Assembly: GCA_965223415.1 (NCBI GenBank)
Contig: OZ245002.1
Location: 1,088,001-1,152,000 of the forward strand
Direction: 5' to 3'
Source of the DNA: Myxococcota bacterium
GTDB taxonomy: Bacteria > Myxococcota_A > UBA9160 > UBA6930
Length of the DNA: 64,000 bases
Positions 1 to 9,774 of this stretch are shown one piece after another. The notes under the pieces were generated by a model that did not search any database, was not told the DNA's origin, and worked only from the letters and a program-made list of their open reading frames with translations. The position numbers were made by a program, and so were the translations under genes. Numbering within the stretch: the stretch's first letter is position 1; each line of letters starts with the position of its first letter.

Positions 1-906
1 GGCGGCAAGGTGGATCTCGACCCGACCCGCGAGCGGCTCGTGCGCCTCGGCCTCCATCACGCGGCCGAGCACATCGGCGAGGAGCTGGCCCGAGCGACCA
101 AGGACGACCTCGTGCCCCACCGCTTCCTCGACCTGCTGCTCGAGGCCGAGCTGCAGCACCGCGAGGAGCGGAGGATGAAGACCTCGCTCCGTCTCTCGGG
201 CCTTCCCACGGGGCAGACCCTCGGCAACTTCGACTTCGCCTTCCAGCCGAGTGTGGAGCGGAGCCGGATCGAGACGCTGGGCACCTGCGCGTGGATCCGG
301 GCCAAGGAGAGTCTGCTGATCCAGGGTCCGCCGGGAGTGGGCAAGACCCACCTGGCGGTGGCCCTGGGGGTGCGGGCCGTGGAGAACGGCTTCTCCGTGG
401 CCTTCCATCGCCTCGAGGACCTGCTGGCGGCCCTCAAGCGCGACGCCGAGATCAGCCCGCAACGGCTGCGGCGGCGCAAGCACATGAACGTGGCGCTCCT
501 CGTCATCGACGAGGTCGGCTTCGAGCCCATGACGCGCCAGGAGGCGAGCCTCTTCTTCCGGCTCGTCTCCTACCGCTATGGGAGGGGCTCGATCCTGATC
601 ACCACGAACAAGGGCATCGCCGACTGGCCCGAGGTGCTGGCGGGCGACGAGGTGCTGGCCACCGCCATCCTCGATCGCCTCCTCCACCACAGCCAGGTGC
701 TCAACATCTCGGGGCGGAGCTACCGGCTCCGCGAGCTCGAGCAGGCCGCGGGGCAAAGCGCCCAGCGTTGAGGCCCCAGAGGGCGGCCTGACGGCCGTGC
801 TCTCCTTCGGAGAGCGGAAGAGAAGAAGGAAGAACCGAACATCAACCCAGGGGGGTGCGCAAAACTAGCCGTCCTCTTAGCGCGCAAGAGATGACGTCCC
901 TCGACA
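1..906 (+). mobile_element. IS21-family insertion sequence, right part (left end outside window)
   Basis: istB followed by two sub-terminal repeats gcgcaaaactagccgtcc (857-874) and gcgcaagagatgacgtcc (882-899), ending ...tcgaCA at 906 (IS21 ends are TG...CA). Confidence 0.85.
10..771 (+). CDS. istB: IS21-family ATP-binding helper protein IstB
   Basis: Walker A GPPGVGKT, Walker B LLVIDEVG, TLGNFDFAFQP, AILDRLLHH, GRSYR motifs. Confidence 0.95.
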   Translation: MDLDPTRERLVRLGLHHAAEHIGEELARATKDDLVPHRFLDLLLEAELQHREERRMKTSLRLSGLPTGQTLGNFDFAFQPSVERSRIETLGTCAWIRAKESLLIQGPPGVGKTHLAVALGVRAVENGFSVAFHRLEDLLAALKRDAEISPQRLRRRKHMNVALLVIDEVGFEPMTRQEASLFFRLVSYRYGRGSILITTNKGIADWPEVLAGDEVLATAILDRLLHHSQVLNISGRSYRLRELEQAAGQSAQR

Positions 907-1177
907 TCTTTGTTGCTGCGGGTGCGGCAACGAGGTCACTACGCCCCTAACGCCAGTCGACTGGAGCTTGATCTACGACGGGGAGACCGTTTCCCTCGAT
1001 CCTTCGATCGGTAGCTGGGGGCTTGCGTGTCGATCTCACTACTGGATCACGCGGGGCCGCGTGCGATGGGCTCCCGCGTGGTCAGAGGAAGAGATCGCCG
1101 AGAATCGCGAACGAGACCGTGCTGAGAAGCGGCGGTTCTTCGGAGGTCGAGGCGGCTGGCTCAACCGAGACTCCTAG
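907..1177 (+). pseudogene. 3' remnant of a DUF6527-like Cys-rich protein interrupted by IS21
   Basis: Frame of ORF 968-1177 stays open back to the IS end: (H)LCCCGCGNEVTTPLTPVDWSLIYDGETVSLDPSIGSWGLACRSHYWITRGRVRW. Confidence 0.75.
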
Positions 1178-1249
1178 TCCGTGAAGGGAATCTCCCGGGC
1201 AGCTTGCCCGTAAGCCACTCGTCTTCACCAGAGCAGGCTGAGAGGGCGG

Positions 1250-2287
1250 CTAGCGGGCCTTCCCCAGAACGAAGTCCTGGAGCACGCGCCTCGATAGCTG
1301 ATCAGCCTTGGCTTTGGTTAGCCCGGAGGAGGAAAGAGCGGTCACGCGTCGAAGGGCCTTCTTTGAAGCCCCCTTTCGGACGTCTACGCTCCACTTCCCG
1401 TCAGGCTGCAGTGATCGTGTCACGCGGTAGACCTTCTTGTTCCACCCACAGGTCCACTCAGTACCGTTCTGACGTGTCGTCTCGGACCAGTTCTTCTCGA
1501 TCGCCACCTGCTCAAGCGCGTGACGCATCTGTTCAGCACTCTGGAAGCGCTTTTTCGGGTCGACGCCAATAGCCTTGTTGATGACCATACGGAGTGGCCG
1601 CGGAACGAAGTCCCGGTAGTAACTGCGATTCGGGAACTTCCCCTGAAGGGCGAGTGTCCGAGCCTGGAGCGGTGCGATTGCGGGAAGTAGCGAATCGCCG
1701 TTGACCAGGCGGTAGAGCGTAACTCCACACGCATAGATGTCGGTCAGTTCGTTGTAATCGTTCGGCCCTGCTACCTCCGGGGCAAGATGGAGCGTGTATG
1801 CATAGTCCTTTACACCGAGCGCCTTGAGGTTCAACCCGGTCGTGATCGCCAGGCCGAAGTCCGACAACTTGCCCTCGTTGGACTTACCCACGAGGATGTT
1901 GGCGGGCTTGATGTCACGATGAATGACACCCTTCGAGTGGGCGTACTCGAGGCCGCGAAGCACATCGATGATCATCCGCTTCGCCCTGGTCAGAGGGACG
2001 TACGAACCCTTCGCCTCGTCTTCCAGGCTCCCCTTGGGCAGGTACTCCATGGCCACGTACAGGCGACCATCACTCATCTTCCCGGTCTCGTGGACACGGA
2101 CGATATTCGGGTGCTCGACTGACTTCAGCAGTTGGGCTTCGTGGAAGAAGTTCTGAGGATTGAGCACCTTGTCCGGCGGAATGAGCTTGAGAGCGCGTTC
2201 AGCGTCTAGTCCGGTATCGGTGACCAACCAGACTTCGCCGAAGTTCCCGGAGCCCAGTCGCTGACGAAAGTCGAAGCCCGCCGCCAT
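1250..2287 (-). CDS. Hanks-type Ser/Thr protein kinase with C-terminal WGR-like domain
   Basis: GSGNFG, ALK, HRDIKPAN, DFG, APE motifs; ATG at 2287 overlaps the upstream TGA; no TM segment. Confidence 0.9.
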   Translation of the reverse strand: MAAGFDFRQRLGSGNFGEVWLVTDTGLDAERALKLIPPDKVLNPQNFFHEAQLLKSVEHPNIVRVHETGKMSDGRLYVAMEYLPKGSLEDEAKGSYVPLTRAKRMIIDVLRGLEYAHSKGVIHRDIKPANILVGKSNEGKLSDFGLAITTGLNLKALGVKDYAYTLHLAPEVAGPNDYNELTDIYACGVTLYRLVNGDSLLPAIAPLQARTLALQGKFPNRSYYRDFVPRPLRMVINKAIGVDPKKRFQSAEQMRHALEQVAIEKNWSETTRQNGTEWTCGWNKKVYRVTRSLQPDGKWSVDVRKGASKKALRRVTALSSSGLTKAKADQLSRRVLQDFVLGKAR

Positions 2288-2742
2288 CAGCCCAGTTCGC
2301 TCCACGCGGCCTGTAGCGCCTCCCGCTGCTTGTCGCTGAGGTCCGCGTACCCGGGGAAATGAGAGGTATCCAGTGTCGCCAGATAGCGGGCGCGGCCCTT
2401 CTTGCCCAAGTCCTTAGCGATTGTGCTCTTGACCTTCTTGAAAACGGCTGTCATGCCCTTCGACGCGGCAGCCAGCATCACGGCTGCTTCGTGCTCGACG
2501 CGGGTCTCGAACGTCGCGCCGCGAGTCCTACCTTCGAATCGCTTGATGACGACCTTGTCGATTGCGTGCTTCTCGAGCAGATCCGAGACTTCCTGATTCA
2601 GCCAGTGCAGGCTTTGCGCGGCCTTGAAGCCCTTGGGGAAGGGGAGGGTCTTGAGCTCCACCTGCTGGGGAGCGCCCTTCGTGCCATCGAGCACCGCGTA
2701 CGCGAAGTCCTTGTTGCTGCACCGAACGCCAAGAATGGGCAA
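2287..2742 (-). CDS. Small RuvC/RNase H-fold-like protein (DUF3010-like), canonical acidic residues degenerate
   Basis: ILGVRCS..FAYAVL, IDKVVIKR and C-terminal REALQAAW match the RuvC/YqgF layout; TTG start preceded by GGGGAGG. Confidence 0.55.
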   Translation of the reverse strand: MPILGVRCSNKDFAYAVLDGTKGAPQQVELKTLPFPKGFKAAQSLHWLNQEVSDLLEKHAIDKVVIKRFEGRTRGATFETRVEHEAAVMLAAASKGMTAVFKKVKSTIAKDLGKKGRARYLATLDTSHFPGYADLSDKQREALQAAWSELG

Positions 2743-2929
2743 CTTAACCTCCCCAAGGGAACGGCCCCGCCGAGCTGGAATGGCCGCGTCAGCGCGGGCC
2801 TCGTTCCTTGCTCGGCCGGTCAGGCGGCGAAGGGACTCGCGTTCTTACCTGACCATAGTCGCGCTGGATTACGGCCCTCCTCCTGCTTACCCCGTGCTTA
2901 CCTGGCGATATCCCGAATCCCGTAAGTCC

Positions 2930-3006
2930 TGGCGCCCCGGGGAGGACTCGAACCCCCGACCCGCTGCTTAGAAGGCAGCCGCTCTATCCGACTGAGCTAC
3001 CGGGGC
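2930..3006 (-). tRNA. tRNA-Arg(TCT)
   Basis: GCCCCGGTAGCTCAGTCGGATAGAGC...GCTGC-CT-TCT-AA-GCAGC...GGTTCGAGTCC...GGGGCGCCA, 77 nt with CCA. Confidence 0.95.
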
Positions 3007-3020
3007 ACCGTCCGGAGAGG

Positions 3021-4112
3021 TTAGCGGGCGCCGCTGGCCAGGTAGGCCGCCGTCCGCGCCTCGGCATTCGCCCTCACGTTCATCGTGAAGAGCGCATAGT
3101 CGTACACGTGGTAGTCCCCGCCCCGGACCAGCACCTCCCAGCCCTTCCCTTCCGGTGCCGGATCGATCCGCAGCCAGCCGCCCTGGCAGCGGGCGCCGAG
3201 CATGCCGACCGTGAGGGGAGGCAGGGAGATCCGGTCGTTCTGGCGGAGCGGGAGCGCACCGAGGTGCGCACTCGCGGGGGCCGGCTCGCCGCCGCGGGTC
3301 CACGAGAGCGGGTTCGTGCACAGATTCGTCTGGCCCGCCTCCAGCTGGTTCGGGCCTGGGCGCGGCGTGGCCCCCGCCGCCATCGTGCGCCAACCGATTA
3401 GGCAGCCGGTATCGGTCGAGCCTTCGCAGGCAGGAAGGGACAGAGATGCACTGAGCTCCTGCTCCGGGACCCAGCCGCCGACGAGGTAGGCGGCAACGAG
3501 CCGCTCCCGCAGCGCCCTGCCCTCCTCGCCCGCGAAACGCGTGCGCAGCAGGGTCTGCGCGTGACGGGTGCCCTGGCTGTGGCTCGCCAGGATGAACGGG
3601 CGGCCGTCGTTCCACTCGGTGAGCCAGTGGTCGAAGGCGCGCTCCACGTCGGTGAAGGCGAGGGCGAGGCCCTTCTCCTTGTCGTCGGTGAAGTAGCCGC
3701 CGAGTGCGATCTGGCGGTAGTAGGGCGCGTAGATCTTCCCCGCGCCGTTGAAGGCGCTGGCCTGGAGCGCCATCACGCCGGTGTCGGTGACGTCCTTGGC
3801 GCTCGGGTCGTCCCATGGGCCGTTGAAGTGCTCGGACTTGTAGTAGGTGGTGGGGTGGATGAAGAAGATGTCGACCTGGCTCTCGGCCTGGCGGTCGACG
3901 GCGCCGGAATCCGGCGGCACGAGGTCAGCCGGGTCGGCCTTCTCCGGGTGAGCGGCCCAGGTGGCGAGCTCAGCGTAGTCGGGAGCTTCGGTCGGGGTGT
4001 GCTCGGCGAAGGGCGCAGGGGTCAGGGCCCAACGGACGATCCGGGCGCAGCCCGTCGACGCGGCAAGGGCCAGCAGGAGGAGCCCGGCGAGGATCGAGAC
4101 GCGGTGTGTCAT
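3021..4112 (-). CDS. DUF3089 alpha/beta-hydrolase lipoprotein
   Basis: Lipobox STGC, DIFFIHPTTY, YAPYYRQ, SHSQG nucleophile motif, YHVYDY. Confidence 0.85.
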   Translation of the reverse strand: MTHRVSILAGLLLLALAASTGCARIVRWALTPAPFAEHTPTEAPDYAELATWAAHPEKADPADLVPPDSGAVDRQAESQVDIFFIHPTTYYKSEHFNGPWDDPSAKDVTDTGVMALQASAFNGAGKIYAPYYRQIALGGYFTDDKEKGLALAFTDVERAFDHWLTEWNDGRPFILASHSQGTRHAQTLLRTRFAGEEGRALRERLVAAYLVGGWVPEQELSASLSLPACEGSTDTGCLIGWRTMAAGATPRPGPNQLEAGQTNLCTNPLSWTRGGEPAPASAHLGALPLRQNDRISLPPLTVGMLGARCQGGWLRIDPAPEGKGWEVLVRGGDYHVYDYALFTMNVRANAEARTAAYLASGAR

Positions 4113-4189
4113 GGCGGGAACCTACCTCGAATGGGCTTTCCTGCCGCCGCGGCGCCAGAGTAGGATGCGCGAGACGCGAAGGAGGTTGC

Positions 4190-6634
4190 ATGGAGAGCGG
4201 CGGCTACCGGGTCCTGGACCTCTCGGACGATCGCGGCCAGCTGTGCGGCATGGTTCTGGCCGATCTGGGCGCGGAGGTGCTGTGCATCGAGCCGCCCGGC
4301 GGGAGCCCGGCACGGCGGGTCGGGCCGTTTGCCGACGACGAGCCGGGGCGGAATCGCTCGCTCTTCTGGTGGTCCTACGCCCGCGGCAAGCAGAGCCTGG
4401 TGCTCGACCGCGAGAGCGAGGAGGGACGGGCGGCGCTGCTCGAGCTGGCGGCGGCCGCGGACGTCCTGATCGAATCCGAGACGCCGGGCAGCCTCGCTGG
4501 CCAGGGGCTGGGTTACGAGGAGCTAGCGGCCGTGAATCCCCGGCTCGTCTACGTCTCGATCACGCCCTTCGGGCAGGACGGGCCCAAGGCGCACTGGCCG
4601 GCGACGGATCTGACGGTGATGGCGGCGGGCGGGCCGCTCTGGCTCACCGGCGACGACGACCGGGCGCCGGTGCGGGTTCGCGTGCCCCAGGCCTTCGCCC
4701 ACGCCAGCGCCGAGGCAGCGGTGGCGGCGCTCGTCGCGCTCCACGAGCGCGAGCACTCGGGGCTCGGGCAACACGTGGACGTGTCGGCCCAGCAGGCGGC
4801 GACCATCGCGACCCAGTCCGATGCGGTGGCGGAGCAGGTCGGTGAAGCGGGCGGCATCCGCTGCGCCGGCGGCCTCAAGACGGGGCCCCTGGTCGTGCGG
4901 CTGGTCTACCCGGCGGCGGACGGCCACGTCTCGATCACCCACGTGTTCGGCTCGTCGATCGGACCCGCCACGGCGCGGCTCATGGCCTGCGTCCACGCCG
5001 ACGGCTTCTGCGACGAGGCGACCCGGGACAAGGACTGGGTGGGCTACGCCGAGCTCCTGATGTCGGGCGCCGAGACCTTCGACGACTTCGAGCGCGCCAA
5101 GCAGCAGGTCGCCGCGTGGACGGCGTCGAAGACCAAGCAGGAGCTCTTCGAGCTGGCCCTCGATCGCAACCTGCTGATCGCACCGGTGAGCACGCCCCGG
5201 GACGTGGTGGAGAGCGAGCAGCTCGCCGCGCGCGACTACTTCACGACCACGGAACGTCCGGACGGCCAGGGCGAGACACGTCTGTGTGGGCCGTGGGCGA
5301 AGCTCTCGCGGACGCCCCTCGCGACCGGGCGGCGGGCGCCGCGGCTCGGCGAGCACGACGCCGAAGCCCTCGCCCGTTGGCGATCGGAAGCGAGGACGAG
5401 CGGCTCCAGGCCTTCGCGCTCCTCCTCCGGCGGCCTGCCCCTGGAAGGCGTGAAGATCCTCGACTTCATGTGGGCCATCGCCGGCCCGATGGCCACGCGC
5501 ATCCTCTCGGACTACGGCGCCACGGTGATCCGGGTCGAGTCGAGCTCGCGCCTCGACGCCTGCCGCACCATGCGCCCGTTCGCGGGCCCGCCCGGCGCCG
5601 AGACCTGCGCCCTCTTCCACACCTGCAACACGGGCAAGCGCATGCTCACCCTCGACGTCACGGCGCCGGAGGCGCGACCGATGATCCTCGATCTGGTGCG
5701 CTGGGCCGATGTGGTGTGCGAGTCCTTCGCGCCGGGCACGATGAAGAAGCTCGGCTTCGACTACGAGACGCTCTGCGAGGAGAAGCCCGAGCTGGTGATG
5801 CTCTCCACCTGCCTGATGGGCCAGACGGGCCCGGTCGCCCGCTATGCCGGCTACGGCAACCTCTCCGCCGCCATCAGCGGCTTCTTCGAGCTGACCGGCT
5901 GGCGGGATCGCGATCCGGCCGGCCCCTTCGGCGCCTACACGGACTACATCGCGCCCAAGCTCAACGCGTCCGCCATCCTCACGGCCCTCGAGCACCAGCG
6001 ACGCACCGGGGAGGGCCAGCACATCGACCTCTCTCAGGCCGAGGCCGCTCTCCACTGGCTGGCGCCGGCGATCGCCGCGTGCACGACGAACGGCAGCTCG
6101 TGGAGCCGGGACGGCAACCGCGACCACGGCGTCGCGCCCCACGGCTGCTACCCGGTGGCCGGCGAGGACCGCTGGATCGCGCTCGCCGCGCGCGATGACA
6201 CGGAGTGGCGGGCCCTCTGCGAGGCCCTCGGTGCGGACAGCCTGCGGGACGACGGGCGCTTCGCATCCCCGGCGTCACGCCTGACCCACGCCGAGGCGCT
6301 CGACCGGGCCCTCGAGGAGTGCACGGGCCATCGCGACGGCGCCGAGCTGGAAGCCGCCCTCACAGCCCGCGGCGTCCCCGCCCACCGGGTCCTCGACAGC
6401 CAGGGCCTCGCCGAGGATCCCCAGCTCCGCCATCGCGGCCACTTCGTGCCCATCGAGGGGCCGAACGGTCCGACCGTGGTGGAGGCCTCGCGCTCCCGGC
6501 TCTCCCGCACGCCGGCCCGCGTGCCCACGGCCTTCCCGAGCCTGGGGGCCGACAACTTCGAGATCCTGGGCGAGGTGCTGGGCTACGACGACGAGCGCAT
6601 CGCCGAGCTGGTGATCGCCGGCGTGCTGGAATAG
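4190..6634 (+). CDS. Family III CoA-transferase, tandem CaiB/BaiF domains
   Basis: Two repeats (RVLDLSD..LADLGAEV; VKILDF..LSDYGATVIRVE), APRLGEH; GGAGG before ATG 4190. Confidence 0.9.
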   Translation: MESGGYRVLDLSDDRGQLCGMVLADLGAEVLCIEPPGGSPARRVGPFADDEPGRNRSLFWWSYARGKQSLVLDRESEEGRAALLELAAAADVLIESETPGSLAGQGLGYEELAAVNPRLVYVSITPFGQDGPKAHWPATDLTVMAAGGPLWLTGDDDRAPVRVRVPQAFAHASAEAAVAALVALHEREHSGLGQHVDVSAQQAATIATQSDAVAEQVGEAGGIRCAGGLKTGPLVVRLVYPAADGHVSITHVFGSSIGPATARLMACVHADGFCDEATRDKDWVGYAELLMSGAETFDDFERAKQQVAAWTASKTKQELFELALDRNLLIAPVSTPRDVVESEQLAARDYFTTTERPDGQGETRLCGPWAKLSRTPLATGRRAPRLGEHDAEALARWRSEARTSGSRPSRSSSGGLPLEGVKILDFMWAIAGPMATRILSDYGATVIRVESSSRLDACRTMRPFAGPPGAETCALFHTCNTGKRMLTLDVTAPEARPMILDLVRWADVVCESFAPGTMKKLGFDYETLCEEKPELVMLSTCLMGQTGPVARYAGYGNLSAAISGFFELTGWRDRDPAGPFGAYTDYIAPKLNASAILTALEHQRRTGEGQHIDLSQAEAALHWLAPAIAACTTNGSSWSRDGNRDHGVAPHGCYPVAGEDRWIALAARDDTEWRALCEALGADSLRDDGRFASPASRLTHAEALDRALEECTGHRDGAELEAALTARGVPAHRVLDSQGLAEDPQLRHRGHFVPIEGPNGPTVVEASRSRLSRTPARVPTAFPSLGADNFEILGEVLGYDDERIAELVIAGVLE

Positions 6635-6643
6635 GAGCAGAAG

Positions 6644-7066
6644 ATGAAGACGCTCGGAGGAAGTTGCCTGTGCGGCGACGTCCGGTTCGAGGTCCAGGGC
6701 CCGCTCCGCGGCATCGGCCAGTGCTGCTGCTCGCTCTGCCGCAAGGCCAGCGGTGTGAGCGGCTCGATGGTCTTCCTGGTCCCTGGCGAGCGCTTCCGCT
6801 GGCTCCAGGGCGAAGAGCACGTCAAGACGTGGAAGCTCCGCGCGACCTACTCCTCCGTGCGCTGCGAGCGCTGCGGCAGCCCCGCACCGGCCAGCTTCGA
6901 CGGCAAGCACTACTGGGTCCCGCCGGGCCTGATGGACGACGACCTCGAGACCCGCGTCTTGCTCCACCACCACGTGGCCTCGAAGGCGGACTGGGTCGAG
7001 CTACCCGATCACGTCCCCCACTTCGACGCCTACCCGCCGAACGACGTGGTGTTCGGCGACGAATGA
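6644..7066 (+). CDS. GFA family (CENP-V/GFA) Zn-binding protein
   Basis: GSCLCG, CCCSLCRK, CERCGS. Confidence 0.9.
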   Translation: MKTLGGSCLCGDVRFEVQGPLRGIGQCCCSLCRKASGVSGSMVFLVPGERFRWLQGEEHVKTWKLRATYSSVRCERCGSPAPASFDGKHYWVPPGLMDDDLETRVLLHHHVASKADWVELPDHVPHFDAYPPNDVVFGDE

Positions 7067-7073
7067 GCGGGGC

Positions 7074-8339
7074 TCACCCGGCCTGAGGCAGGGGCTCCCA
7101 GAGATCGACGACGCGGCCCCCCCGCACGGCCGCGATCGGCCCGAACTGCAGCATCACGAACTCGCTCTGGGTCGGACGGAAGAACACCATGTCGTCGACG
7201 GCCAGCTCGACCTCCCGCGAGCCGTTCAGCATCTCCTGGTTGGTGCTGCGGCCGTAGATGGGATGGGGGGAGAGCCCGGGGGGCGAGATCGGCTCCGCCT
7301 TCCAGTAGCCCCCGTACACGAAGAAGGTACGCGCGCGGTTCGGATCCCAGAGCTGGTGGAGTGGGCCCACGTCGATGGCGGGAATCTCGACGCCGTCTCC
7401 GGTCTTCAGCACCGGCGTCCCGATGAATAGCGCCGGCACGTGCTCGGCCAGCGTGTCGATGTCGAAGTTCAGCGGCTTCACCAGACCGGAGCCCACCGCG
7501 AGCTCGTTGGCGAGCCCGTCGACGTCGTCCCACAGTCGGTAGGTCGGGCTGCCGGCCGCGTTCAACACCAGGGCGTCCTCTCCGCTTCCGCCACTGTGCG
7601 TGCGCCAGGCCTCCAGGAACCCGCGATAGCGGGCCTCGACCCGGGTGAACTCTCGAGAGCGGATGCCGAAGGCCGTCGGGAGCGCCGCATGAGCGTCGTA
7701 GCCCATCAGTCCGCCGAAGCCGAGGCGCGGGTCTTCGTCGATCGCGGTGAGCAGGTGCGCCAGATCGGCCGGTGTCTTCATCCCCCCGCGCCGAAGGCCC
7801 ACGTCGATCTCGACGTTGACCGTGAGCGACAGCCGACGGCCTTGGGCCAGCTCCCGGTACTGCCGCAAGCGCTCTGGGGTGTCGATCAGCCATTGGACCT
7901 GGCGCGCCGGATCGAACGCACCCGGCTGGCGGTGGGCGTAGAAGCGGTCCGCCGCGACCGCCGGCATCGGCTTGCCGAGCAGCAGGTCGGCGCGCGGGTG
8001 GGCCGCCGCCACGGCGTTCAAGAAGGGCTGGTGGAAGACCATGAGGCGCCGGGTCTCCGCCTTCGCCATCACGTAGTCGAGCAATCGGGCGGAAGGCAGG
8101 GACTTCGCAACGACGCGGAAGGCCCGCGGACGCATCGCCTGGCGGGTCGCCTCGATGTTGGCATCGAGCCGGTCGAGGTCCACGATCAGGGTGGGCCGGG
8201 CCAGCCCCTCCCGCATCACCGCGTCCTGGAGCTGGGAGAAGTAGGCGTCGTGCCCGCCCCGGCCGCGGCTCTCCGGGCGCAGCCACCAGGCGCCGGCGGC
8301 GACACCGGCCATCGCGAGGAGGAAGCCGCGTCGTTTCAT
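7074..8339 (-). CDS. DSD1-like fold-type III PLP enzyme with Tat-like signal
   Basis: PTLIVDLDRLDANI, RVVAKSLP (PLP Lys), EIDVGLRRGG, LMGYDAH; N-terminal MKRRGFL. Confidence 0.8.
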   Translation of the reverse strand: MKRRGFLLAMAGVAAGAWWLRPESRGRGGHDAYFSQLQDAVMREGLARPTLIVDLDRLDANIEATRQAMRPRAFRVVAKSLPSARLLDYVMAKAETRRLMVFHQPFLNAVAAAHPRADLLLGKPMPAVAADRFYAHRQPGAFDPARQVQWLIDTPERLRQYRELAQGRRLSLTVNVEIDVGLRRGGMKTPADLAHLLTAIDEDPRLGFGGLMGYDAHAALPTAFGIRSREFTRVEARYRGFLEAWRTHSGGSGEDALVLNAAGSPTYRLWDDVDGLANELAVGSGLVKPLNFDIDTLAEHVPALFIGTPVLKTGDGVEIPAIDVGPLHQLWDPNRARTFFVYGGYWKAEPISPPGLSPHPIYGRSTNQEMLNGSREVELAVDDMVFFRPTQSEFVMLQFGPIAAVRGGRVVDLWEPLPQAG

Positions 8340-8349
8340 CGATGCACCC

Positions 8350-9774
8350 CTATGCCGTTCCCTCGTTCACGCCGAACACCTCACGAAGATGCGGATTGAG
8401 CATGCGTCCCGTGGGGTCGAGGTGCTCGCGCACTTCCAGGAAGTCCTTCCAGCGGGGGTAGATCCCGCGCAGATCCTCCGCGACGAGGCCGTGGAGCTTG
8501 CCCCAGTGGGGCCGCCCCTCGTACCGGCGGCAGATCTCCTCCACGACGTCGAAGTAGGCCCGATGGTCCTCGTCGGCGAACTGGTGGAGCGAGATGCTGC
8601 AGCCGTCGCGCCCATGGAACATGCTGAGCCAGACATCGTCGCTCCGCACGTAGCGGACCTCGATCGGGAACACGACGGGGATCGCCCGACGTCGGATGGC
8701 CGCCAGGATCTCGCGCAGGCAGGCGGGCCCGGCGTCGGCGGGCACCGTGTACTCCATCTCCCGGAAGCGGGCGATGCGGGGATGGGTCAGCACCTCGTAG
8801 GAAGGCCCGCTGCGGACGGTCGGTGGCGCATCGGCGACTCCACGGACCACGCGCTCGTAGAGGAGGCTCCCGAGAAACGGGACGCGGCCCACCTGCCGAT
8901 AGGCCTCGCGCATGGCTTCGAGGGGATCGCGCTCGAACTCGGCCTCCGGCGTCGGATCCCGGCGCCCCTCGTCGGTGGCGATGCTGATGGCGAGCTCGGT
9001 GTGGGGAACGGCGTAGAACTCGAAGTGCCGGTGCCGGCGACACCGGGCTTCGACGTCGTCGAGGAGATCGCCGAGCGGCTCGAAGGCGGTCGTCTCGGTG
9101 AGCTCGAAGGGCGCCTGGTTGCCCAGCGTCATGCGGCTCACGACGCCGAGGGCCCCGAGCGAGCAACGGGCGGCGTGGAACACCTCCGGGTTCGACTCGG
9201 GCGTGCAATCGAGGACTTCGCCTGCCGGGGTGACGAGGGCGAGGCCTGCGACGTAGCTCGAGAGGGAGCCGAACGCGCGTCCCGTTCCATGGGTGGACGT
9301 CGCGACCGCTCCGCCCAGGGTCTGGTAGTCGATGTCCGGCAGGTTCGGCATCGCTTGACCGTGCGCTCTCAAGGCGGGGCCGAGCTGGTGGAGCCGCGTT
9401 CCCGCCCAGGCCTCCGCCTCGAGGCGTTCCGGATCCGTGCGAAGGACTCCACTCATCTGGTCGCACGCCACCAGCGTGCCGTCGCTGGGGACGAGCGCGC
9501 TGAACGAGTGGCCGGTCCCGACCGGGCGGATCACCCCCGCACCCTTCCGGAAGAGCTCGGCCAGCGCCGATTCGTCGGGCGGCGCGTGGCGTGCCGCCGG
9601 CCGGCACCCCTGGTTCCCTGCCCAGTTCCGCCACGGGAGTGGCTCGCCAGGATGGTAGGCGGGCAGCTGCTCGCTCGGGGGTCCGAGGCTGGTTTCGCGA
9701 CAACCGGGCACGAAGCCTGTGGCCGCCGCGACGAGCGCCGCTCGAAGGACCTCGCGGCGCGTGGCGCTCCTCAC
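8350..9774 (-). CDS. FAD-linked aldonolactone oxidase family (ALO/GULO-like), Tat lipoprotein
   Basis: WRNWAGNQ, GTGHSFS, TSTHGTG, GRPHWGK, DPTGRMLN; TRREVL signal; GTG overlaps upstream stop. Confidence 0.85.
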   Translation of the reverse strand: MRSATRREVLRAALVAAATGFVPGCRETSLGPPSEQLPAYHPGEPLPWRNWAGNQGCRPAARHAPPDESALAELFRKGAGVIRPVGTGHSFSALVPSDGTLVACDQMSGVLRTDPERLEAEAWAGTRLHQLGPALRAHGQAMPNLPDIDYQTLGGAVATSTHGTGRAFGSLSSYVAGLALVTPAGEVLDCTPESNPEVFHAARCSLGALGVVSRMTLGNQAPFELTETTAFEPLGDLLDDVEARCRRHRHFEFYAVPHTELAISIATDEGRRDPTPEAEFERDPLEAMREAYRQVGRVPFLGSLLYERVVRGVADAPPTVRSGPSYEVLTHPRIARFREMEYTVPADAGPACLREILAAIRRRAIPVVFPIEVRYVRSDDVWLSMFHGRDGCSISLHQFADEDHRAYFDVVEEICRRYEGRPHWGKLHGLVAEDLRGIYPRWKDFLEVREHLDPTGRMLNPHLREVFGVNEGTA

